Below are positions 9,789-17,533 of a DNA stretch of 64,000 nt, in pieces (the stretch's first letter is position 1; each line of letters begins with the position of its first letter). A program made the translations under genes and the position numbers. The stretch is from Fimbriimonadales bacterium (GTDB lineage: Bacteria > Armatimonadota > Fimbriimonadia > Fimbriimonadales > JABRVX01): contig BTVI01000014.1 of the NCBI GenBank assembly GCA_045862955.1, positions 12,992 through 76,991 on the forward strand, read 5' to 3'. The notes below the pieces were generated by a model. That model was not told the origin of the DNA and did no database searches. It worked only from the letters and a program-made list of their open reading frames with translations.

Positions 9789-11492
9789 ATGCATCGCACC
9801 CGACACACCTCGAGGAAGAGCCGACGCCTGCTAGTACACGCCTTCCTCGCTTCGCTCCCGCTCTGGTCCGCCGGTGCCTCCGCAGACGGTTGGTGCGTGG
9901 CAATAGGGAAGACCCCCTCCAGAAACGGCGCGTCGTCCGTCGTGGGACCGATGACAGGCGAGCTGCTCTGGTCCGGCGGACGCGACAGCATCTTCGGCGA
10001 TCAGCCCGTGTGTGCCGATGGGCTTCTCGTCAGCACCCGCGTGGTAGGTTGGGATGCGATCTGGGACTCCCTTATCGTTGCGCAAGACCTGATGACTGGT
10101 GCAGAGCGGTGGACCACGGTTCTTCCTGTCTTGTCCACCGACCCTGGCCGCAGTCGCGTGACGGGGTTTCGAGATGGACGGGTGTACGTAACCCGGGCGG
10201 CAGGTGCGAACAAGCCGGACTACTTGTTCGCCCTGGACCCGACCGATGGTTCGGAGATTTGGCGCTCGGAGGAGGTGATTGCCGAGGCGTGGGGCGAAAG
10301 CATCGGCTTCACCGAAGACGGCGACATCCTTGCCCGCTCTCCCTCAGGGCTCATGCGCATCAACGGAGCGACGGGTGCAACCGTCTGGGCCGCATCGCTC
10401 AGCATTCCAGAGGGCTCGTGTGGCGCGGCCACGTTCGGGCAGCGCGCGTACGTGTGGGAGCGGCTTTCCAACGGCACCAGGCTGTGCGCTCTGGACCTCT
10501 CGACGGGGGCGAAGCTTTACGCAAGCCCCGTATTGGGATCCGGCAGCATCCAGCAGGTTGCGCCGTTCGTAGGTCCGGACGGGACGGTGTACGCTCCCCG
10601 CTCGGGGGGCGACGCTTCCACCAACTACCTGGCGGCGTATAAGGACACTGGTTCCGCACTTGTCGAGAAGTGGCGTTCGCCGCTCGGCTTCGTCCCATTC
10701 GCGTCCTTCGCCGTCGGCGCCGATGGCAGCGTCTACAGCTATGCGACGACCCGATCCGGCTCCACCGCTACTTTGCGGCTTCTCAAGCTAGACCCAGCAA
10801 CCGGTTCGGTGCTCATCCAGTCCCCTGCACTCACCTCCGACTACCCCGTGCAGCCCAAGCTGGCACTGGACTGCCAAGGCAAGCCGTTCGTGACGAACGG
10901 AGGCTATGACCGGGGCAGGCTGTTCGCGCTCGCGCCAGACCTAACTCTGATGTGGTCCGTTGCCCTTCCGGATATCGGTAAGGGCGGCCCCCTCCTCGTC
11001 GGCGACGGTGTGCTGGTCGTCGCGGGCTCCGGCTCTGACGTTCGGGCCTATCGAGGCGCCGCCGCGGTTGTCGGCGGCACGGTAGGCCTGCAACAGCGTG
11101 CAGCCGTCGCCGGCATGCAGTCGACCCTGGAGTTCCGCGAACCCGGCACGCTCAACCTCCTCCATAGCTGCCCGATCACCCTCGATGCCTACGGAGCGTT
11201 CTCTGGTTGTGAGGTGCCTCCCGGTACCTATGACTTGGCCCTTCGTTTTCCCCACTTCCTGCGAAGTGTCAGACCCTCTGTCGCGCTCGATCCAGGACCC
11301 AACGCCGTTAGCTTTTACCTGCTGAACGGCGACGTGGACGACAACAACGCCGTCGGCCTCGGCGACCTCAACATGGTTTTGCTCCGTTTCTCCACCTCCG
11401 ATCCCGCTGCAGATCGAGACGGTGACGGCATCGTCGGCATCTCGGACATGAACCTCGTGCTGCTGAACTTCGGCCTCTTCGGCGCCCCCTGA
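9789..11492 (+). CDS. Secreted PQQ-like beta-propeller with C-terminal Ig-like and dockerin-like module
   Basis: AQDLMTGAERW, ALDPTDGSEIW, ALDLSTGAKLY repeats; C-terminal NGDVDDNNAVGLGDL...ADRDGDGIVGISDM. Start is approximate. Confidence 0.75.
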   Translation: MHRTRHTSRKSRRLLVHAFLASLPLWSAGASADGWCVAIGKTPSRNGASSVVGPMTGELLWSGGRDSIFGDQPVCADGLLVSTRVVGWDAIWDSLIVAQDLMTGAERWTTVLPVLSTDPGRSRVTGFRDGRVYVTRAAGANKPDYLFALDPTDGSEIWRSEEVIAEAWGESIGFTEDGDILARSPSGLMRINGATGATVWAASLSIPEGSCGAATFGQRAYVWERLSNGTRLCALDLSTGAKLYASPVLGSGSIQQVAPFVGPDGTVYAPRSGGDASTNYLAAYKDTGSALVEKWRSPLGFVPFASFAVGADGSVYSYATTRSGSTATLRLLKLDPATGSVLIQSPALTSDYPVQPKLALDCQGKPFVTNGGYDRGRLFALAPDLTLMWSVALPDIGKGGPLLVGDGVLVVAGSGSDVRAYRGAAAVVGGTVGLQQRAAVAGMQSTLEFREPGTLNLLHSCPITLDAYGAFSGCEVPPGTYDLALRFPHFLRSVRPSVALDPGPNAVSFYLLNGDVDDNNAVGLGDLNMVLLRFSTSDPAADRDGDGIVGISDMNLVLLNFGLFGAP

Positions 11493-11553
11493 GGCCTTTC
11501 GCAACCCAGCGAGGCGTCCAGTCGGTACTATCTGCAACAACAAGGAGGCAGCG

Positions 11554-13044
11554 ATGTTCACCTATCTCTCGGAGTTCTTCTGGCTAGCGGTTCTCGCACT
11601 CGTTTCGCTGCTCGCATGCGGATGCGCCGGTGCTAAGCAGGACCCTGTCGTCGGCTACTGGGAGGGAACTCTCGCAGTGCCTGGCGGACAGCAGTTGCGG
11701 CTAGGCCTGCACGTGGCCAAACTCGAGGGTGGAGGCTACTCTGCTAAGCTCGACAGCCTGGATCAGGGCGCGTTCGGCCTCGGGGTCGACCAGTTCACCT
11801 TCGAGTCGGGCAAGGTGACGTTCGAGATGAAGACCCTCGGGGCCCAGTTCGAAGGCACGATGGCGGAAGATCAGCAGTCCATCGTCGGCAAGTTCCGGCA
11901 GTCCGGTCTCACGATGGACCTGACGCTAGCGAAGAAGGAGAAACCTGCAACTTCGCAGCGTCCTCAAGAGCCGAAGCCGCCTTATCCCTACCTCGTCGAG
12001 GACGTACAGTTCCGAAACGAGAGGGCGGATATCTTACTTGCGGGCACGGTCACCATACCCCGAGGCGCAGGGCCCTTTCCTGGAATCGTGCTGGTGTCCG
12101 GCTCGGGCCCGCAGGACCGTAACGAGGCGCTACTCGGGCACAAGCCCTTCCTGGTGCTGGCTGACCACCTAACTCGCCGTGGCATCGCCGTCCTCCGCTT
12201 CGACGACCGGGGCGTCGGGAAGTCCGAGGGCAACTTCGCGACTGCCACCTCCGAGGATTTCGTTACGGACGCGATTGCCGCTGTGGAGTTCCTGCGAACG
12301 CGGTCGGGAGTGGACCCCAATCTGGTCGGCATCGCTGGGCACAGCGAGGGAGGCCTGGTTGCTCCCATCGCGGCGGTCCGATCCCCCAACGTTGCGTTCA
12401 TCGTGCTGCTCGCCGGAACCGGGGTCGTGGGGGAGGAGATCCTCTACCTGCAGGCCGAGCTGATTTCCCGTGCCGAGGGCGCGACAGACCAGGAGATCGC
12501 TGAAGGTCGTCGCGCGCAAGAACGCATTTTCGAGATCGTGAAGCTGGACGTGACCCCAGCAGAACGGGAGCGCCGGCTTCAGGCGCTGGCATCCGAGTTG
12601 GTCACTTCTCTCTCCGAGCGGCAGAGAAAGGCGCTCGGCGGCAACGAAGAAGCCTACATCCAGAGCCAGATTCGCATGGTCAGTTCCCCGTGGTTTCGGT
12701 ACTTTCTAACCTACGACCCTGCGCCGACCCTTCGAAAAGTGCGCGTACCGGTGCTCGCCATCAACGGAGAGCTGGACCTTCAGGTGCCCGCAAAGGTGAA
12801 CCTGGGTGCAATCGAGCGAGCGCTCGAAGAAGGCGGCAACCGGAACTACGAGGTGCACGAGCTGAAGGGGCTGAATCACCTCTTTCAGACGGCCAAGACC
12901 GGCTCGCCGACCGAGTACGCAACCATTCAGGAGACCATGTCGCCCACCGCCATGGAGCTGATCGCGGACTGGGTGCTTCGGCTCCGGGGGACCGCAAAGA
13001 CCTCGCCACAGGCCACATTCCGCCAGAGGCCCGGCGGCCGCTGA
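11554..13044 (+). CDS. Alpha/beta-fold hydrolase (serine aminopeptidase/CocE-like), probable lipoprotein
   Basis: SGSGPQDRNE, LRFDDRGVGKS, GHSEGG, NGELDLQVP, GLNHLFQ. Confidence 0.9.
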   Translation: MFTYLSEFFWLAVLALVSLLACGCAGAKQDPVVGYWEGTLAVPGGQQLRLGLHVAKLEGGGYSAKLDSLDQGAFGLGVDQFTFESGKVTFEMKTLGAQFEGTMAEDQQSIVGKFRQSGLTMDLTLAKKEKPATSQRPQEPKPPYPYLVEDVQFRNERADILLAGTVTIPRGAGPFPGIVLVSGSGPQDRNEALLGHKPFLVLADHLTRRGIAVLRFDDRGVGKSEGNFATATSEDFVTDAIAAVEFLRTRSGVDPNLVGIAGHSEGGLVAPIAAVRSPNVAFIVLLAGTGVVGEEILYLQAELISRAEGATDQEIAEGRRAQERIFEIVKLDVTPAERERRLQALASELVTSLSERQRKALGGNEEAYIQSQIRMVSSPWFRYFLTYDPAPTLRKVRVPVLAINGELDLQVPAKVNLGAIERALEEGGNRNYEVHELKGLNHLFQTAKTGSPTEYATIQETMSPTAMELIADWVLRLRGTAKTSPQATFRQRPGGR

Positions 13045-13060
13045 CCTCGACGCAAGCCAG

Positions 13061-13131
13061 CCCCGGCGCGGTCCTCGGGTTGGCGGCACGCGACTGGCTG
13101 GCGCAGGGCGGCGGACGCGGGCCGGGGCATG
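13061..13131. repeat. Dispersed palindromic element, shortest copy of the nested repeat family
   Basis: CCCCGGCGCGGTCCT ... GGCGGACGCGGGCCGGGGCATG. The same arms occur at about 31156, 31446, 43963 and 47319. Confidence 0.75.
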
Positions 13132-13277
13132 GAGGCTCTCTCGACAGGCACCTCGGCGGGAATCCGGCAGTCCCCTCCCTTGCCCCGGAGCATCCCCTGG
13201 TTTCGCGGCGGACGGAGGGGACACAGCGGATGGCTACGCTGGCCGGATGATTTCCGAAGTACGGGGCAACGAGGAGG

Positions 13278-13400
13278 CTAAGTCTTCTTCCTGCGTGAGG
13301 TGGCGGGTTTCGGCGCGTGCACCTCGGGCTTCGCCTTTGCGCGTGCAGCCTTCTCCAGCCTGTGGCGGCGGCGCCGAAGCTCTTTGTTTCGGATGCGCAT
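13278..13400 (-). CDS. Small basic protein, 40 aa (MRIRNKELRRRRHRLEKAARAKAKPEVHAPKPATSRRKKT)
   Basis: ATG at 13400 preceded by a CAGGGAG SD-like site, TAG at 13278; 33 bp downstream of the hldE-like gene on the same strand. Below the ORF-track length cutoff. Confidence 0.65.
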   Translation of the reverse strand: MRIRNKELRRRRHRLEKAARAKAKPEVHAPKPATSRRKKT

Positions 13401-13433
13401 GGGTTACGACACTCCCTGGTTAGTCTCGGCGCA

Positions 13434-14411
13434 TTATACCGACAGGTCGGCAGAGCGTGCGAGCGACACCACCTCCTCGGGGCTCGGCACCACGACCCCT
13501 ACGTGCCGAACCACGCAACCGGCGGCCACGCTCGCGATCCTCGCCGCTGTCAGGACATTCAGCCCGGCTGCCAAGCCGAGGCCGATGGTGGCGATCACCG
13601 TGTCCCCCGCGCCTGCCGTGTCGTACACCTCCACCCGCAGCGCGGGCACGTGGGCTTGCACCGTCCCGCAGAGGTACATACCCTCCTCCCCCAAGGTGAT
13701 CAGCCCCTGACCGATCCCGTGCTCAGCGAGTCTGGACTCGGTGAGCGCGATCAACTCACTCAATTCGAGTTCGTCTGCCCCTACGTACTCGCCGGCCTCC
13801 GCTCGATTCACCGATACCAGGCTTGCACCACCCAGCCAGGGCAGGGAAGGCGGCTTGGGATTGGCGACGCAGGGGATGCCCCTGTCCCTTGCAGCGGCCA
13901 CGCATGATTGCAGTCGCTCTCTACTCAGGCACCCCTTGCGGTAGTCGGAAAGCACGACCGCGTCGGACCGCTGGATGGCAGCCGCAGCCCTCTCGCCGAG
14001 CCGCTCTGCGGTCGGTGGCGTCAGATCGTGGCGTTCCTCCCAGTCCACGCGGATCACCTGCTGGTGCTGAGCGATGATGCGGGTCTTTCGCGTTGTCAGG
14101 CGGTCGGTTGCCGTCACCACGTACGAGGTATCCACACCGATTTCAGCTAGGCAGCCCAGGAGCGCCTCTCCCGGCTCGTCTGACCCCGTGACCCCGACGA
14201 GCAGTGCCCGTCCGCCGAGTGCCTGCACGTTGTGCGCGACGTTAGCGGCACCACCCGGCACGCGCCCGTTTCTCTGTGCCTCCAAGACCATCACCGGGGC
14301 TTCCGGGCTGATACGCGCGGCGCGTCCCCACACGTACTCGTCCAGCATGAGATCGCCGATGACGCAGACGGTCTTACCTTTAAAGGAACCCAGTGCTTGC
14401 TCGAGACTCAC
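13434..14411 (-). CDS. rfaE1: D-glycero-beta-D-manno-heptose-7-phosphate kinase (RfaE/HldE domain I, PfkB family), stand-alone
   Basis: VIGDLMLDEYVWG..RISPEAPV, PGGAANVA, TTRKTR, LSDYRKG, DTAGAGD. Confidence 0.88.
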   Translation of the reverse strand: MSLEQALGSFKGKTVCVIGDLMLDEYVWGRAARISPEAPVMVLEAQRNGRVPGGAANVAHNVQALGGRALLVGVTGSDEPGEALLGCLAEIGVDTSYVVTATDRLTTRKTRIIAQHQQVIRVDWEERHDLTPPTAERLGERAAAAIQRSDAVVLSDYRKGCLSRERLQSCVAAARDRGIPCVANPKPPSLPWLGGASLVSVNRAEAGEYVGADELELSELIALTESRLAEHGIGQGLITLGEEGMYLCGTVQAHVPALRVEVYDTAGAGDTVIATIGLGLAAGLNVLTAARIASVAAGCVVRHVGVVVPSPEEVVSLARSADLSV

Positions 14412-14413
14412 TA

Positions 14414-14686
14414 CTACTCCACGCTGAACCAGCTGAACTCGGGTTCACCCTCTTCTATGGTCCACTCCACCCGCTCGACGCTCGCGAACGATGGTCCTTG
14501 CTGAAGCGCGGCAACCAACTCACGGAGGCGCTCCTCTGGTCCCTCGGCGACTACCGCAACCGATCCGTCTTCGAGGTTCTTAGCGAACCCCGTCAGCTTC
14601 AGGCGGTCCGCAGCGCGGGCCACGAACGCACGGTACCCCACCCCCTGCACCCTACCGAATGCCACTGCCTTCAGCCGGCTGGTCAA
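14414..14686 (-). CDS. acyP: Acylphosphatase
   Basis: GRVQGVGYR, GFAKNLEDGSV. TTG start overlaps the upstream TGA (TTGA). Confidence 0.92.
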   Translation of the reverse strand: MTSRLKAVAFGRVQGVGYRAFVARAADRLKLTGFAKNLEDGSVAVVAEGPEERLRELVAALQQGPSFASVERVEWTIEEGEPEFSWFSVE

Positions 14687-15303
14687 CGTGGCCCGTCGCC
14701 TCCTGCCGAGCCTCGTGGAATGGTGTGCACTCGGCCCAACACGCGCGCAGCGAGAATCATCTGTGAACAGCGCTCCAGCACTTCCATGCGATTGTACGCT
14801 TCTTTGATGCTGCCGCCGAGGGTCAGTGCGCCGTGGTGGGACATAAGGAATACGTTGTGCGAGGGGAGGTATGGCTTGATCCTGTCGGCAAGCTGCGTGG
14901 TGCCCGGCGGGGCGTAGGGAACCAGAGCCACCTCTCCCAGCACCAGATCGGCCTCGGTGATGACGCCGTTCGGAAGCGTTTCGCCTGCAATACTGAACCC
15001 GGTAGCCGTGGGCGGATGAGCGTGAACTGCGGCCATCACGTCCTCGCGCGCCTCGTAAACGGCGAGGTGCAGAGGCAGCTCCGAGGTGGGAGAGCCACCA
15101 GAGACCCACCGGTTCCGGACGTCGACGATCACCAGGGATTCCGGTCTCATGTCCACCTTGTGTACGTTCGCCGGAGAGACGAGAACCCGATTCGCATCGA
15201 GGCGGGCCGACAGATTGCCTTCGAACGCACCGACCAGGCCGCAGTTCCAAAGCATGCGCCCGCACTCGCTCAACTGCTCTCGTAACTCGCGTTCCGTCGG
15301 CAC
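14683..15303 (-). CDS. Class II aldolase/adducin family protein (fuculose-phosphate aldolase-like)
   Basis: EGNLSAR, PTSELPLH, AVHAHP, LMSHHG zinc-binding pattern. Confidence 0.9.
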   Translation of the reverse strand: MPTERELREQLSECGRMLWNCGLVGAFEGNLSARLDANRVLVSPANVHKVDMRPESLVIVDVRNRWVSGGSPTSELPLHLAVYEAREDVMAAVHAHPPTATGFSIAGETLPNGVITEADLVLGEVALVPYAPPGTTQLADRIKPYLPSHNVFLMSHHGALTLGGSIKEAYNRMEVLERCSQMILAARVLGRVHTIPRGSAGGDGPR

Positions 15304-15310
15304 TTTGCCC

Positions 15311-16264
15311 CTATCCTATCTCGAATAGCGCGGAAACCGACTCGTCCTCGTGCGCTCGCCGAACGGCGTTCGCGAACAGCTCGGCAACGGAGAGAACCGT
15401 TAGGCGCGGGAAGCGCTTCTCCGGCCCGATCGGCACCGTGTCGGTGACGACGACTTCCGCAATCTCGGGACGGTCGAGGCGCTCGATGGCAGGCCCCACC
15501 AGCACCCCGTGCGTGGCTGCTATGTAAACCTCCGGCACGCACCCGGCGGCAAGCAGAGCGTCCACACAGTGGGCGACGCTGCCCGCCGTGGTGATCATGT
15601 CCTCGACGATGATCGGAACCTTGCCCTTGACGTCTCCGGCAAGCTGAGTCAACTGGCTCTCGTCGGGGCCGTAGCGGTGCTTGTAGCCGACCACGATCGG
15701 GGCCTTGAGTAGCGACGCGACCTTGCGTACCTTCTTTACACCCCCCTCGTCAGCCGACACTACGGCAATGTCTCGACCTTTCAGCTTCTCGAAGTACCTC
15801 CCGAACATCTTGACGGCGTTCAGGTGATCTACAGGGAAGTTGAAGAAGCCCTGGATGGCGGCGGCGTGAAGGTCCATGGTCATGACGCGCTGGGCCCCGG
15901 CACATACGATCATGTCCGCAACCAGCTTGGCAGTGATCGGCTCGCGCGGGAACTCCTTCTTCTCCTGCCTGGCGTAGCCGAAGTACGGGATGACCGCGGT
16001 GATGCGAGCGACGCTCGTTCTTCGCATGGCATCCATCATGATCAGGAGTTCCATCAGGTTGCTGTCCACCGGCGGACCGACGGACTGCACTACGTAGCAG
16101 TCAGCGCCACGCAGCGACTCGCGGTAGGCAACGTAACACTCGCCATCCTGGAACCGTAGGATGTCTACATCGCCTAGAGTGGTGCCTATCTCTCGCGCAA
16201 TCGCTTGCGCGAGTTCCGGGTTCGCGGTACCGCTAAACAGCTTCAGAGGAGCGTCTTTGAACAT
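15311..16264 (-). CDS. prs: Ribose-phosphate pyrophosphokinase
   Basis: LFSGTANPELA, FQDGE, NLMELLIM, PYFGYARQ, DLHA..IQGFF, ATHGV. Alternative start at 16294. Confidence 0.93.
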   Translation of the reverse strand: MFKDAPLKLFSGTANPELAQAIAREIGTTLGDVDILRFQDGECYVAYRESLRGADCYVVQSVGPPVDSNLMELLIMMDAMRRTSVARITAVIPYFGYARQEKKEFPREPITAKLVADMIVCAGAQRVMTMDLHAAAIQGFFNFPVDHLNAVKMFGRYFEKLKGRDIAVVSADEGGVKKVRKVASLLKAPIVVGYKHRYGPDESQLTQLAGDVKGKVPIIVEDMITTAGSVAHCVDALLAAGCVPEVYIAATHGVLVGPAIERLDRPEIAEVVVTDTVPIGPEKRFPRLTVLSVAELFANAVRRAHEDESVSALFEIG

Positions 16265-16290
16265 ACGCGCCCGTAGGGATGTGATGGCAT

Positions 16291-16809
16291 TCAAAACCTC
16301 GCGCCTATGCAGAAAGTAACTGCGTCGACCTTCGAAGATTGGAACACGGCCGCTTCGATGAACGTGTTTTTACCGAACTCCAGCCCGCCAAACAGCTTGG
16401 CCGACAACACGGTGCGGTCGCCCTCGTTCCGCTTGTCCTCGAATAGGAATCCGACCCCGAAACCCGCATACGGCTGCATCTCCATGCGTGGCCCGGACCA
16501 GACCTGCGAGAGACCGACCCGGAACAAAGAACTGTTTCCAGGCCCGTAGCCCAAGTCCACGTCGGCTCGCGGCTTCCCGCCGAGCACCGAACGGACCGGC
16601 ACCTCCACATCGGCTCCAACCGCCCAGTAGGTCTGGATGTCCGAGTTGCGACCTGCCGCGTCGAATGTGTCGGCGAACAAGAAGCCCGCCTTAAGACCGA
16701 TCGCAGGACGCTCGAGCAACTGTGCGGACCCTGAGACCGCGGCAAGCCCGAGAAGTCCGAGGGCTAGCGACCTGACGGTCTCAGAAGCGGTAGCCAACGT
16801 AGAACGCAA
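16291..16809 (-). CDS. Small outer-membrane beta-barrel protein
   Basis: Signal peptide, alternating beta-strands (PYAGFGVG), C-terminal IGARF. Start may be the TTG at 16797. Confidence 0.7.
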   Translation of the reverse strand: MRSTLATASETVRSLALGLLGLAAVSGSAQLLERPAIGLKAGFLFADTFDAAGRNSDIQTYWAVGADVEVPVRSVLGGKPRADVDLGYGPGNSSLFRVGLSQVWSGPRMEMQPYAGFGVGFLFEDKRNEGDRTVLSAKLFGGLEFGKNTFIEAAVFQSSKVDAVTFCIGARF

Positions 16810-17293
16810 CTCCGTTTACGCGTCCATCCGTGGCCTTGTCGAACTCGTCGCTCCAGAAGTAGCTGGCTTCCACGAACCACTCCTGCTCCAGCTCGATCCC
16901 TATGGTCCCCTTCAGCCCGAACACGGTCTTCGAAGGCCCGTCGACGTCTGCGACGGTAGCCCCTGCACCGATACCCCAGTAATAGCGGTACAGACTCAGC
17001 GGCGAATAGAAGAACTGGTTGATGGTCAGCGGGAACACGCTGCCCTTCGAGCCGCCGAATGCATGGGACAGGTAGTCGGCCGAGAGCACCGTGTCGGAGT
17101 CCTTCAAGAAGTTCGATGCCACATGAATGTCGAAACCGACGCCCAACCACTGGCTGGCTTTGTCCTTCAGGATGCCTTCCGTCGGCAGGAACAACCCGCC
17201 ACGAATCGCCATGGTGTACTGAGCCCGTGCAGTCAGGGGAAGTAGGGCGGCAGCTAGTGCCACTGCTGCGAACGCAAAGCAAAATCGCCTCAT
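16781..17293 (-). CDS. Small outer-membrane beta-barrel protein
   Basis: MRRFCFAFAAVALAAALLPLTARA signal peptide, YWGIGAG, C-terminal YVGYRF beta-signal. Confidence 0.78.
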   Translation of the reverse strand: MRRFCFAFAAVALAAALLPLTARAQYTMAIRGGLFLPTEGILKDKASQWLGVGFDIHVASNFLKDSDTVLSADYLSHAFGGSKGSVFPLTINQFFYSPLSLYRYYWGIGAGATVADVDGPSKTVFGLKGTIGIELEQEWFVEASYFWSDEFDKATDGRVNGVAFYVGYRF

Positions 17294-17350
17294 CCTTGGC
17301 CTCCTTTGGTTCCTTCCTTGGGCCGACGGTGTGCCGGCAGCCACAGCACT

Positions 17351-17380
17351 AGAATAGCCGTTCGGCTAGGGTGATGTCAA
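17351..17380 (-). promoter_or_regulatory. sigma70-like promoter for the OMP-prs operon
   Basis: Minus strand TTGACA (17380-17375), 18 bp spacer, TATTCT (17356-17351). Confidence 0.55.
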
Positions 17381-17418
17381 TCGGAGGCGGGAGCCGAGTG
17401 CGCCGGCTAGGTTCGAAG

Positions 17419-17448
17419 TTGACGGGGACTCCCGGCTACGGCTATAAT
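17419..17448 (+). promoter_or_regulatory. sigma70-like promoter for secDF
   Basis: TTGACG (17419-17424), 18 bp spacer, TATAAT (17443-17448). Confidence 0.65.
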
Positions 17449-17533
17449 CCGCCGATGATCCCCAAGGTTTCGACGGCGGGCATGCTGCCGCGAGACCGTA
17501 TGTTCGCGCGTGTGCTAGAGGAGGCGCTGCTCC

